Positions 42,073-55,418 are shown, counted from the first letter of the stretch. The stretch is DNA of 64,000 nucleotides from Octopus vulgaris (GCA_951406725.2 OX597830.1:74586001-74650000); one strand, 5' to 3'. Translations and numbers: made by a program. The notes: generated from the letters alone by a model not told the origin.

Positions 42073-45000
42073 CTGTGCCAAGCGGCTTCACTCTGCATGT
42101 TTTAGCTTCGTTACAATGGCAACAGTCCGGATACATATTAATCAGACCTCGTATGCTCGTATGTGTGTGTGTGTGCATTGATTTCAATTTTGGCATAGCA
42201 CCAGAAATTTCGGGGATGCGCATAAATGAATTACATCGATCCCATTGCTCAACTAGAACTTATTTTATCGACCCCGAAACAATAAAAAGACAAAATCGGC
42301 CACGGCAGTATTTGAATTCAAAATTTAAAAAGCTAAAAGTAGTGTCTTCTAAGAATTTCATTCGACGCTTTGGTGACTCTGCCAGCTTTTTGTCTTTAAC
42401 AAGCGATATCAATGACGGTAGAAGGTTAGCAAATTTGCAGATAGAATTACTCGATAATTTAACCCTTGTTAAAAGCATTCTGTCTGTAACACAACTGCGG
42501 CTGATATGCTGGAATATCTGTCGTCAGCGGAAGGCCATTAGATGTAAACGGAAACGTCGGCAAAACAGTGTGAATGATTCAAAGATGTGCAAGTTCAATT
42601 TCAAGATATATACTTGAGGTGATATTTTATTACTTCCTCCTCCCCTCCTCTTCTTCTTCTTCTTCTTCTTCTTCTTCCTCCCCTTCCTCCTCCCCTTCAT
42701 CTTCCCCCTTCTCGTCCTCCTCTTCTCCTTCCTCCCCTTCCTCCTCCCCTCCTCGTCCTCCCTCTTCCCTTCCCCTCACCCTCGTCCTCCTCTTCCTCCA
42801 CCACCACCACCACAACCTCCTCTTCCTCCTCCTCCTCCTCCTCCTTCTGTTCTTATTTCTCTTTTTTCTCCCTATCTCCGTATTTTCTCTGTCTAACTCC
42901 TACATGCATTTATTTTGATGGTTTGGCCTGGATCACGTAGTAGTGTCCATGACCTTTGGCTGAAACCTCTAAATCTGTGAGATGAGTGACTCCAAATTTC
43001 CATTGGAACTTCTGCAAATAGACAGCCGAATGTGAAACATTCACAAGGAGGAAGTCACTGAGGGTCGACATTTTGGATGATTGAAAATATTGGTGGCAGT
43101 GTTTAATGCAGTTGGACCTGTAAGAAAAAGTACAAATGAATCGAGAACGCTTGACTATAGACGTCAATACAATATCAATCTCTGAGGAGTAGAGACCGCA
43201 GTAAAAAATGCAGAGACAGCGGAGAGTATGTCTACCGGCTAGACGCTTGAGCATCTTTTGGCGAAGAATTTCATATCAATAAGTATGGTGGACATCCTTT
43301 GGACGGTGTTACAAACAACTGCAGTGACATAGTGAAGGTACACAAAAGTATGTTGTTTAATTTCAGCGCAAAAACCTCGACATAATTTGATATGATAAAT
43401 AGGTTTGAGCAATAAAATTTCTACATTTCGTTCTAACTCCTAAGAGTCATCTTTTATTTACGATGACACTCTGTCAAATAAAAGTGGGTGTCGATTGAAG
43501 GAAAACCTGATATAATTGTCAGGACTATAACGACTTTCATCATAGATAGATCTACACGATTGGATAGTTCGAGTGATACGAAGGGTAAGTCGAGTGAGTG
43601 GAGAGAGCACGAGTGTAGCCCAGAATGAGACGACTGGGCGGCGCTGCATGGACGTTGGTGATTTGGCACAACATTTAAGAAGTCATGACGACAGTACTTT
43701 TTGGCACTGGAAGCAAGGACACAGGCTTGGGCGCCAAAAAATATATTCTTACACATAGTGATAATGAGAAAGGGTGAGATTCATTAGATATGCTCACACG
43801 TTTAGAGAGAGAGAGAGGGGGAGAAGGTGAGAGAAGGGGAAAGAGAGAAGTGAGTTGGAAGAGAACGAGAGAAACATTAAAACGTTTGTTCTCAAATAAG
43901 TCAGTGCCAAATCAGAGATGCCGAATAGGCGGACAAAACAAAAAAAAAAAACAAAAAAAGGAATGCAATGGCATAAGAGAAAACATTTCTAGAATTAGTA
44001 AAACGGGTAGAGATGAGACAGCCCACCCGTGGGTCACGTGTTGGTGCATAGCTATAAATGACTTGATGCCAAACAATCTTCTGGTATTTTATGGATGCAA
44101 CAGAATGTCTGCAACATCCCAGATGTGAGAGAAGTACTTCATCTGGGTTTCACGAAGATGACGCTAGAGAGGAAGAGATAGCACGTGGCTGCTTGGCCTG
44201 CTATAAATTATAGTCGAATGTTTCTCGAAGCATTTCCTATCATCGCGGAAAGTAGAAAGGGATATGCAATAATATAAAGCTGAAAAACATGCCTAAATAA
44301 CAGATCGGAGGGTCACGTCTGTTGCTACTTATTTCGTGACTGTGAGCAGGAAAGGACTAACTTGAGTGAAATTCCTTTAATTTTGGGCTTACCCGGTTAA
44401 TATCGGGTTGTAGCTGACCAGCAGCTACAAGCAACTACATGTAACGAATAAATAGTTGTAGACCACAAGAAAAGCAAATCTAAAAAAACCTCCAATTAAC
44501 ACCTATTGAAAAACCCTACATTTATATTAAATAAATTTTGAAAATGGTTAAGAATATTGTAAAATAATTTTGTCATTATTAAACAGGTATCTGGAACATA
44601 AATTAGCATGACATTTTGATAGGTCTTAATTTCGATCGCTTCATAACAGGGTGCATGTATCATAGAACAAGGAGCAGTATGACCGTTTCAAGCGGCTCCA
44701 TTTACGTAAACAATGCAATCATTAAATCAATTTGAATGTAGTGCCATCTTCAGTTGCACAAACAAATAAGTCAAATTTTAACAAGTAGGACATATTAATA
44801 TAGTTTTTCTCAAATATTTTAACAGAGCAAGAAGATGGAAGAAATTCATGCTGTCGATATTGTAGCTAAGAACAGACTACAGTTCCAAGAATCGCACAAA
44901 GCCTATTGGGGGTCATAGTATTGTAAGGGATTGTAATTCATTTCTAATTCAGTTATCTCTTTATCAACTACCAAATCTAAGACTAGAAGACTGTGACTAT

Positions 45001-45231
45001 TTTGAATAAAGGACAAAAGTGAGATGACAGCTCATGGCTAGTTATGGTCATAGATATTATCATATGTATCCCTTTTTCTTAGGGAGGAAATAACACATTA
45101 GGATTAGTCAGTTGGATATAAGTAAATGCCTATAAAAAAGGACTGGGTAGGGGTAGATTTTAAATCATGATGTTAATTAAGATATATATATATACATACA
45201 TACATACATACACACACACACATATATATAT

Positions 45232-45498
45232 GTGTGTTGTGTTCTTGAGCAAGGCACTTTATTTCACGTTGCTCCAGTTCACTCAGCTGTAGAAATGAGT
45301 TGCGACGTCCCTGGTGCCAAGCTATATCGACCTTTGTCTTTCCCTTGGATAACACTGGTGGCGTGGAGAGGGGAGGCTGGCATGCATGGGCGACTGCTGG
45401 TCTTCCATAAACAACCTTGCCCGGACTTGTGTCTAGGAGGGTAACTTTCTAGGTGCAATCCCATGGTCATTCATGACCGATTGGGGTCTTTACCCTTT
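45232..45498 (+). mobile_element. 5'-truncated CORE-type SINE
   Basis: gttgtgttcttgagcaaggcactttatttcacgttgctccagttcactcagctg is shared with 8062-8310, but the tail differs. Confidence 0.65.
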
Positions 45499-45507
45499 TA
45501 TGTATAT

Positions 45508-45568
<61 letters not shown>

Positions 45569-46869
45569 TATATAAACATGTATGTGTGTATGCGTATGTA
45601 TACACCACATATGGATGACACCTTTCACTATCATAAGTTAGTGTGAATTGAAGGGCCGTAAATGGTGGGATATTATCTGCAGAATAGTGTTTTTGTTGGG
45701 TTTGTTTATGTGACGACTAACAATTTGTCGAAGTAAGAGTGGGACACAAGGGAACGTGGGACATAAAACAGAACCCTGCGTGAGACAAAAATATAATAGA
45801 GAGTATTATAATAAAACCACGGTGGGGCAAATTGATAAGAACATAAAAATACAAGAGAAGACACGGATCGAACCTGTCAATGAGCCTCCATTTTTATATT
45901 TTATATAAGAGCCCCATTTTTAAAGTTTAGATTTTCCAGAATTTCCAGAATGGCCTGAATTACAATTGCCGATTGAACTAATATGAAATCGTTTCGTGTA
46001 TTGAATAACGAAAATGTAAAGAGAATTATGAGAGACTATTATACAAATATTTAACTGAATGACTTTGAAAGTTAAAATGAACTGTCATTAATATTTTCTC
46101 AGAATTTTAATGCATTGATTTGAACAAACACAGAACGATGATAATGATATATATTGGCTTCAGATGTTTATGTTTTCGGTCACGTACGTGTATGTATGTG
46201 TGTATTCGTATGTATTATGAAAGTTCGAACGTAGGTATATCTTAATAACCAGAGGTTTCATCGCAGAAAAATAATCCGCTGATTAGTCCAGCAGTAAATC
46301 TATATTTTTCCAAAATTATTAAATCTCTTACATAAATCTACAAGGATTTTGGACTAAATTTGAGAGCTTGCATAAAAGGAAAAGAAATCAATGTCCAATC
46401 CAAAAATATATGTATTTAAAAAAAAAATCAAAACCATTTGGCTGTGTGGTAAGTAGCTTGTTTACCAACCGCATGGTTCCGGGTTCAGTCCCACTGCGTG
46501 GCATCTTGCGCAAGTGTCTTCTACTATAGCCTCGGGCCGACCAAAGCCTTGTGAGTGGATTTGGTAGACGGAAACAGAAAGAAGCCTGTCGTATATATGT
46601 ATATATATGTATATGTATGTGTGTGTTTGTGTGTCTGTGTTTGTCCCCCTAGCATTGCTTGACAACCGATGCTGGTGTGTTTACGTCCCTGTTACTTAGC
46701 GGTTCGGCAAAAGAGATCGATAGAATAAGTACTGGGCTTACAAAGAATAAGTCCCGGTGTCGATTTGCTCGACTAAAGGCGCTGCTCCAGCATGGCCGCA
46801 GTCAAATGACTGAAACAAGTAAAAGAGTAAAGAGTAAAAGAGTATTTCAATTAAAACCTGTTTGAGAAA

Positions 46870-47350
46870 TAACAGTTTATTCAGAATAACCACTCTCAGT
46901 TTCCCTCATGGCTTCAAGACAGCTCCTGAACTTGGCACATGAGTTCCTCTCTTTATCTCAAGGAGGATCTTCGAACACCTCTCTGATCTTGGTCAACCAG
47001 CTTGGCCTTGATAATACAGGCAGAGTATTTGGTGTTTCCCCACTCATATTAAGCCCTAAGATTACAATCATGCAAATTAGGAAGCCAGAAATTGGGGATG
47101 GTGAACTCAGAGAAATTTTAAGACAACCACATATGACTCTTTCCAGTTGTGCGGCAAGGAGCTGAAACCAGCTGCCGCACATCGCCTTCCTATAGCAATT
47201 ATTGCCAGCCTGGCTTCGACCATAATCTTCAGCGAATTTACGTAGCCATCGGAATTGAGCCTAAGTCCCTCTTCCTGCATCTGTTGGACGAATTCCCGTG
47301 TGCGGTTGCAGTCAAAACGCCTGCAGTGTACCTTGTTGGAATATCTACTA
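46870..47350 (-). pseudogene. Internally deleted Tc1/mariner-superfamily (maT/DD37D-like) transposase remnant
   Basis: EGLRLNSDGYV..., VRQLVSAPCRTTGKSHMWLS*NF (WQQDSAPCH-like), FWLPNLHDCNLRA*YEW (WPPNSPDCNPLDY.VW-like), NSCAKFRSCLEAMRETESGYSE*. Confidence 0.75.
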
Positions 47351-47916
47351 TGCGGATTCGCGCGCGCGCACACACACACACACGTACGCTATCATATTTT
47401 GATACAGTGTAGAGTGAGATCCCTATTAACAAGATTCTTATATATAATAAAATGTTAAATACATATTGTTACACAAATTCAGAGCCCCAGTTTTCCGAAG
47501 CTTCTGTATATTTTGTGTAGGGAAACGGATTGGATGCTTATTTCATCGAGACTGCTCAAACGATGTTCAGAATCCTGATGAGACACTAATAAGGGACGAC
47601 AATCGATTAATGCCGTACACCTTTCTATTCAGTCTACGGGAAAATAGTTCAATTTGCCATGTTTGTACATCCATGCATGTATGTGATTTGTGTGTATGTA
47701 TGTGTGTATAAATGTGTGTGTATGCGTGTGTATGTGTGAATGAGTAACACAAACACGAGGATGTGGCATGCTAGAAATAGCAGGCAATTCTCTCTCAAAT
47801 CACAGACTACCATATTCAGGGGAAAGTGTCTGTTAATATAGTTCTGGTCGCCTAAAAACAAGGCAAGAGGGGAAAGCTTTTGAAAGAAATGTCTCATAAT
47901 GAAGACTGAGCTAGGG

Positions 47917-47980
<64 letters not shown>

Positions 47981-48335
47981 GCCTGTGAGCAGAAAGCTGT
48001 ACACGTAATTATGTATATGAATGTGTGTGTGTTTGAGTGTGAGTGGGTGTGTATGTCAGGGTGTGTATTAATAAGTGCGCATGCGTGTGTATGTGAGGTT
48101 GGTTTGATGTATTTACAGATATACATCTAGGTTTAATTTAGTTCAAATAACTTTTCCATTGATTAATTGATCGAAATAATTAGGTAATTAATACATGTTT
48201 TTAATATTTTAATATCAAACTAATGAACCTTCTTCGATTTACTATCGGTATGATATTTGCTTGTTTCTATGTGCCTGTGTGTATGCGTATGCATACAGCG
48301 ATATATACATATATACATATTCATATGCACATGTA

Positions 48336-48403
<68 letters not shown>

Positions 48404-48489
48404 GAGAGAGAAAGAGAGACAGACAGAGAGAGAAAGAGAGAGAGCGAGCGGGAGATGTGTATATCTGTATATGTATTTGACTGTGTGTT

Positions 48490-48547
<58 letters not shown>

Positions 48548-48561
48548 TACATACATTATAT

Positions 48562-49405
48562 ATAAAGGGAAAGTTTATGAAAATAAACAAAAGACGAAGG
48601 CAGCTAGAGTACAAAGAAACAAATGTATTAGTATAGCGCTCAGGAACAGAAAAATCTTTTACGTTTCGAGCCTACGCTCTTTGACAGAAAGATACACAGA
48701 AATAAACAAGGAGAGAAAAATGTATAAGCAAACGTCTTAACGCATACTGAATGTAACAACGAACGGGAGACAATCAGAAGGTTCGTAACTCTTCATCAGT
48801 TATCGACAATTGGTAATTTCAGTTTCATACACTCAACGATAAGACGTAGCGCTTTCCTATTGGCGGTGCCCGCAAAAAAAAAAAATCGGTCTTCTTGCGG
48901 AGAATTAGGGACAAGAGGAAACCAAGGAAGCAAAACAAGCAAAACGACACAGATTTAGGACGGTGGAGGAGGACGAACAGCCGGACAAAAATACAGCGTT
49001 GGGGCCAAGGAGAGAAGGATAGGGGGTAACGTTTAGAAAATGACTTGAAAGATGGTGAACGGAGAGACAGAGAATTTGCGAGTGGTCAGGTAATGGACCT
49101 GTGTAAGAAAGGAAGAAAGGGTGGAATTCGCTGCTGGTCACGCTGGACAGTAGCATGCAGAGGAGAAAGACAGCAGGGAGAGGGAGAGACAGAGAGAAAA
49201 AAGAGGAAAAATGAAGGTAAGAGAGAGAGAGAGAGAATCATACGGGAATATATATATAAGTTTACGAAAATAAACAAAAGACGAAGGCAGGTGGAGTACA
49301 AACAAACAAATGTATTAGTATAGCGCTCAGGAATAGAAATGGAAAAAGTCGTTTACGTTTCGAGCCTACGCTCTTCGACAGAAAGATACACAGAAAAAAA
49401 CAAAC
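48562..49405 (-). mobile_element. Two direct copies of a hammerhead-like Penelope-type repeat flanking an about 520-bp spacer
   Basis: Repeats at 48562-48720 and 49245-49405. On the minus strand the cores read ctgtc(a/g)aagagcgtaggctcgaaacgtaaa. Confidence 0.65.
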
Positions 49406-49696
49406 AAACCCGTGAGCTGTAAATTTCAGAGAAAAGCGACACCATATATGTAATCATAATGTGTTTTTATAATTATAATGTAGGCTCCAATTAAAGCAAC
49501 TAAATCTAAACAAATGGCTAAAAGAAAGATGTCGTGTTTAATTCCCAATGGTTTGGTCATCATTTTCAGTCATTTGTGTAGATTTTAGTCGCTTTAATTA
49601 GAGCCTCTATTATAAGTATAAAAAATAATACGTAAATTCATAATTACAATTATGTGAGTGTGTGTGTTTGTATGTGTGTGTTTGTGTGTGTGTGTT

Positions 49697-49737
<41 letters not shown>

Positions 49738-49936
49738 TACTTGTTTCAGTCTATAGACAACGACCATGTTGGAGCACTGCCAAGAAAGGTTTTGTCGAAC
49801 CAATCGTCTCTAAAACTTAAATTTTTAAAGCTTGGTACTTATTCTATCGGCTCTTTATTTGCCGAACCGCTATGTTAAGGAAGCGTAAATCAACAGTGGT
49901 TGTCAAGTAGTGTTGATAGCTACAACGTAAAGAAAT

Positions 49937-49978
<42 letters not shown>

Positions 49979-50338
49979 GACGGGTTTCGTTGAGTTTCTG
50001 CCTACGAAATCAAATGGCAAGGTTTCAGTCAGAGCGTGGCTATAAAAGAAAACGCATACACTGGACGCAGTTAAGTGGGACTGAACCAGGAAGGATAAGA
50101 TTGAGTAGCAATCTTATTACTACACTGTAAAATTGTATATTTGTATGCATATATACAATGTGTGTGCGTGTGTGAGTGTGTGTGCGCGCACGCGTGTGTA
50201 TGCACACACACATTCAGTCTTACAGTTTACCTGTGCAGGTGTCTCTGCATCAGTGCAGGGTTACATAGCAAAGTATATACATGCGCTGAGTATGCAGTAT
50301 ATACTATAAGAAGCACTTCGTATGAGTACATAGACCTC

Positions 50339-50389
<51 letters not shown>

Positions 50390-50535
50390 CAAAACTGTCC
50401 GACGAACGGGAATGTGAAATTCCGAGTAACAGGTTTTGTTAAATTTCTGCTGCTTTTAAATAAAGCATATTACTCTACCCCTGGTATTTGAGTACCCTTT
50501 TTCCAACCTTGTTTCACATTTATGAGTTTACTCCG

Positions 50536-50648
<113 letters not shown>

Positions 50649-50685
50649 GGTGCAGGAGTGGCTGTGTGGTAAGAAGCTTGCTTCC

Positions 50686-53108
50686 GGTTCCGGTCGTGGA
50701 GTTGACTTCTTGACACAGAACGGTGAGGACGTGAGCTCCGTCCTAAAAAGAATAAAGATCAAAAACAAAGAATGTTGTCGAGGTAGGTGATTTTGCTTGT
50801 TGTGAGCTGGGCATAATTTATTGCGTGCGAATTTTTTTTTCAGTAAATTGTGCCCAGCTCTGGGACAATTTCGCCTGCTCTTGGCGGCTGCTGTTTTTGT
50901 GTATTCCGAATTTATTGAATTCATTTTTGGTGGGGCGTATCCTCATCTTCAGTTTACGTTGAGTGAATATTTTTCTCACTTAATTATGAGAATTATTGCT
51001 TGTATTGTGCCTTTTGAAGAACTTTAATAATTGTGAGAACTGCTGAATGGGGGAGTATTTTGCCTCCGAAGATTGAATAATTTGTATATCAATTTTTGTG
51101 GAAGTTGTGTTCCAGTTGTGGTGTTCCGGGTTCAACCTAGGCCGGGAGTACCGAATGTCCGGAAGAATTTTTTTGCTGTGTTCCTGAACTATTGACTTTC
51201 TTCTAAACTTTATTTGACTTTCTCCTTCTTGTTTATTGTGACTTTCTTTTGATTTCTTTTTTCTTCTCGCTTTTTAAGTTTTATTTTCAATATATTTCAA
51301 AAAAAAAAAAAAAGAAACATGGCAATGAAAAATGACAAAATTTTGGAATGGGAGATTATACCGCCTAAAAAGTGGTTAAAAGACCGTGAAGATAGGACGG
51401 TGGTGTTGAGAACCTACTCCAAGGCACTCGACACCATCGCCCTATTCGAAAAGACGGCAATTGAAAAGGAGTTGGCAGAGTATTTGCCAACAATTAAATT
51501 CATTTCCAGGGGTGTCAGATATGCAACGATGTGGTTGCTATTTGACACCCCTGAAGAGGCTCGCAAATTTGCTAGTAAACCCCTGGAGGGTAAGGAAATT
51601 TTATTTCTTCCCACGTATCATGGGAAGAGGTTGACGAAAGCTTGGATCGGCGGGCTGCCACCCGGGATAAAACCCGAGTGGATAGAGGAGTCTATCCGCC
51701 GGGGTCTGGGTGGCAGCGAGACCAAGCTTCTTAATGTGAAAGTTCTCCCTGCGGCTGTATGGGTTGGGTCAAAAGCAATTTAGACCCTTTGGACCCAATC
51801 AGTCAATCTGGCTTTTCCAGTTTTTTGAAAATGGCCGGGCACAGGTAGCCGGTGATACTTGAGGGTCGCCCCCCAGGTGTCATCGGTGCCTGGAGTCAGC
51901 CCATATAAAGAAAAACTGTCCCCGGGAACAAAATAAGATCCCGGAGCAGTTAAGTGAGACCCCTGTAGAAGAGTGAATGAAGACGGCCGAGGTGGCGGAG
52001 GACTCCTCAAACAGGGGCCGAAAGAGGAAGAAGGTGAGCAACAATGGGTGCTCACTAAAGGACCCTAGGGATGAGGAGGGAAAGGCGAATCTTCCGGCCA
52101 CGGAGGAGACGCACCCTCCCTCAGTTGAAAAGAAAAAAAAAGAGGAAGAGAAAGAGAAACGGGACATTGCCGGTAGTCGGTGACATAGTACCGGAATGTC
52201 CCGGAACTACGCCGGTTGGGGTTGTGCCACCGACAGAAGAAACACCGTTGGCGGGAACTGTGCCGCCAATGAAAGAATTGAATATCCAGCCCCCGGGGAA
52301 AGACGATGTATTGATCTTCCATAGAGGCGGAGAGATTGAAAAGGTGATAGAAAAGCACCATAAGGGAGCACCTTCAGCCTTCACACAGGACCCCGAATGG
52401 CCTCCGCAGATAGCTGTGGTGGCCACGAAGTTCGACGTGACGTCTGAGCTGGAGAAGCTCAATGAGGAATATCGCTTGTACCCGGGCAACGCTAACACGG
52501 AAATCGATGAGGTTTTGGAAGAGGCGTGGAGGATGGCAGAGGATGCGAGCACAAGTTATTTTGAGGATGAGTCGTAAATTGTGACACAAACATTTGATAA
52601 TAGGCACTTCGCTTTCTTTCTGAACTCCCCGGCTGTCAACGTGGTCTGCTCTGCAGGCGGCTAGATATTTGACTGGGGGTCCGGAAAGAGGAGGAAGGGA
52701 AAAGTGATAATGCATTTTTTATGTTTGATAGGACATGTTTAGATACGACTTGAGGGGCCCCTACCTAGAGCTGGCGCATTCCTAAGGGAAGTGTATGCCA
52801 GGTCTGGGAGGAGGGGCTTTGTGTATTGTATTTATATTAGATGTAATTATTGAACTATGTTGTTGTTTGTAATGGACTGTTAAGTCCAAAAATTGAAAAG
52901 TTGTAAAAGTTGTAAGAGGTTTAATACCTCGTTTTGTGTCTGGTTTTAAAGAACAATGTTTTAGAGAAGCAGAAGTCGGCGGGCGCATTTTGTCTTCTCC
53001 CATCCTTATCATCTTTCTTTCATTATCATTCATTTCATTAATGTCCTCGTCCAGCCCGCAAAGCCACTTTACTCTATGTACTGCCTTTATGGCAAATGTA
53101 ATGAAATA
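50686..53108 (+). mobile_element. ORF1-only Tx1-like retroelement, copy 2 (apparently full length, about 2.4 kb) inserted in a family-B SINE head
   Basis: SINE head upstream at 50648-50685 and SINE remainder downstream from 53109. Imperfect target duplication aagaagcttgcttcc / aagaagtttgcatgc. It has about 630 bp of 5' UTR, ORF1, and about 530 bp of 3' region ending atgaaataaa. Confidence 0.8.
51319..52577 (+). pseudogene. Disrupted gag-like ORF1 with CX2CX4HX4C zinc knuckle
   Basis: MAMKNDKILEW...RTVVLRTYSK...WIGGLPPGIKPEWIEESIRRGLG..., PVILEGRP / frameshift / RCHRCLESAHIKKNCP (knuckle 51878-51919), a K/E-rich linker, and FTQDPEWPPQIA...EAWRMA. Confidence 0.82.
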
Positions 53109-53382
53109 AAGAAGTTTGCATGCCAACCACATGGTACCGGCGGGTTCAGTCCTACTGCGTTGCACCTTGGACAAGTGTCTTCTACTGTAGCCTCGGGCCG
53201 ATCAAAGCCTTGTGAAAGGATTTGGTAGAAGAAATAGTCACCTTACGCCGTAATACTGCGGACCCAGCATTCCTGCCACTTTTGGAATCCGACCTGGAAG
53301 TCGTTTTCCGTAAGCGAAGTAAGCGTATCAAGAAACTTCGGTGATTCGCTCTGGATCTTAACAAACTGAAAGAGGGCCGTCG

Positions 53383-53429
<47 letters not shown>

Positions 53430-53660
53430 AAGTGTGAGTCTGTGTGTGGTGTGTGTTTTTATTTGTGTCTGTGTTTGTACTCACACCATCGCCTGACGAC
53501 CGATGTTGATGTGTTTACGTCCTCGTCACATAGCAGTTCGGCAGAAGAGAACGACATAATGAGTACTAGGCTTACAAAGAATACGTTTTGGGCTCGATTT
53601 GTTCGACTAAAGGTGGTGATCCAGCATGGCCGCAGTCAAATGACTGAAAAAAGAAATAGA
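53109..53660 (+). mobile_element. Remainder of the interrupted family-B SINE, containing an about 130-bp mariner fragment
   Basis: caaccacatgg...gggttcagtcc...caccttggacaagtgtctt. The segment 53234-53361 is homologous to 54275-54392. Confidence 0.85.
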
Positions 53661-54966
53661 ATATATGTTTAATTATACAAACATACATACGTACGTACAT
53701 ACATACATACATACATACATACATACATACATACATACATACATACATACATGCATATATACATACGTATGTATGTATACCTATATTCAAGGCCAGATGA
53801 GCCTCAGCTGGACCACTTGATTTGGGGGCTTTGATGTTCCAAAATCTCAGTAATCATTTACTCCAGCTCATGAACGAATTGAATTCTGAAAGTAGATATT
53901 CAATCGCGCTATTACAGTGAAAACCTAACTTATAGAGTTTCCAGCAAAGGTGTCCAGGCATATATTAGTCAAGAGGCGTTGGGATCTCGCGTGGTCTCAC
54001 AAGTAGAATAACGTAAGTTTCCCTTCAACTAAACCTGGAATGTAGGCTTGTGTGTGTGTGTGTATGCGTTTGTGTATGTGTATGTGTGTGTGTGTAAGTA
54101 TAAATATTTATATATACATACTTACACACACATACACACACATATATATAGACATGCACTTATATATATACATGCATATACATATACCAGGTGGTATGAA
54201 AATGCTCCCGGACTAGTTACGTTTTATAAACAATAAGTTATTTACTCAAATTTTAACATCATCTCCTTCAAAGTAATTGCCTTGCGCCGCAATACACCGG
54301 TCCCAGAATTCCTGCCATTTTTGGAATCCGACCGGAAAGTCGTTTTCCGTAGGTGAATCAAGAAACTTGTACGATTCAGTCTGGATTTTGACAACGGTGT
54401 TAAAATGGCGACCATTGATGTGCATTTTCGTCTTGGGTATGAGATGAAAGTCTGCAGGTGCTTAAAGTGGCGAATAGAGCCAGTGCAGAAGCGACATCAA
54501 GTTGTTTTCGGCGAGAAACTAGCGAGTGAGGAGAGCTCTTTGAATAAGCCAATTCTTCGCGCTTCACTTTAGTTCACTGTCCTCCGTCAAACGCTTCAAA
54601 ATAGTAGAACTCTCGAATGGCACTCCGGACCTGGAGGCCGAATTCTCGATGCACAATAGCACGGATGTAAACAAAGAGAAACCGATGACCATGTACTTCA
54701 TTGCGCTGAGACTCTCTTGTGCCCATTAAGAGCTCTTCCATTGTGACGACAGTTACTTCGCCTTAGGGTCATATGTGTAGACCCGATTCTCGTCAACGGT
54801 GATGGTCTTCGATATGAAGGATGAGTCAACAGCCGACACGCTGACAGAGATCTTGACAGGATTTGATGCGATTTTCTTTCTGCTCAGTGGTCAGCAAGCA
54901 GGGTACAAACACGACAGAGACACGCTGCATGTTAAATTCAACTGCACAGACCAACATCAGTAATGT

Positions 54967-55418
54967 TCATTATTTACATTATTTACATTTGACGGATATT
55001 TGTCCTCATCTTGTTTGTTGTTAACACAACGTTTCTGTTGATATACCTTCCAGCCTTCATCAGGTGTCTTGGGGAAATTTGGAACTTGAGTTACCATTCC
55101 CAAGTTATTTTTCGATGTTGTTGTTGTTGTTGTTGTTGTTGTTATTCAACTCACTGCCTGGAATCGAACTCGGAATCTTGGGGTTAAGAGCGCGGGCAAC
55201 AAACCCCAAGATTCCTAGTTCGATTACCGGCAGTGACCTGAATAATAATAATAATGATGATAACATCGAAAAACACCTTAGGAATGAGACATCTGATGAA
55301 GGCTGGAGAGTATATCAGCCGAAACGTTGTGTTAACAACAAACAAGTTGAGGACAAATATCCGTCAAATGTAAATAATGTACATAGCAGAATGTACTCAT
55401 TCTTAAATATAGAACTGT
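54967..55418. mobile_element. Fold-back Penelope-like insertion: inverted terminal repeats with tRNA-like module and hammerhead
   Basis: The 11-bp target duplication atcagtaatgt lies at 54956-54966 and 55419-55429. Arms of about 200 bp are inverted. Same family as 9462-9896. Confidence 0.8.
55288..55333 (+). ncRNA. Minimal type I hammerhead ribozyme motif (Penelope-type)
   Basis: Stem I GACAT/GTGTT, core CTGATGA-A, stem II GGCTG/CAGCC, GAAAC-GTT with palindromic AACGTT as stem III. An inverted, damaged copy lies at 55023-55068. Confidence 0.7.

Noticed and set aside
42630-42850. Poly-Ser/Pro or poly-Glu ORFs
   Set aside because: This is a (TCT/TCC)n low-complexity tract.
42910-43254. 114-aa minus-strand ORF with a good splice-acceptor-like tttttcttacag near 43119
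   Set aside because: There is no recognisable domain or partner exon, so it cannot be supported without transcript data.
47570-47612. CTGATGAG hammerhead-like start
   Set aside because: No GAAA or convincing stems follow.
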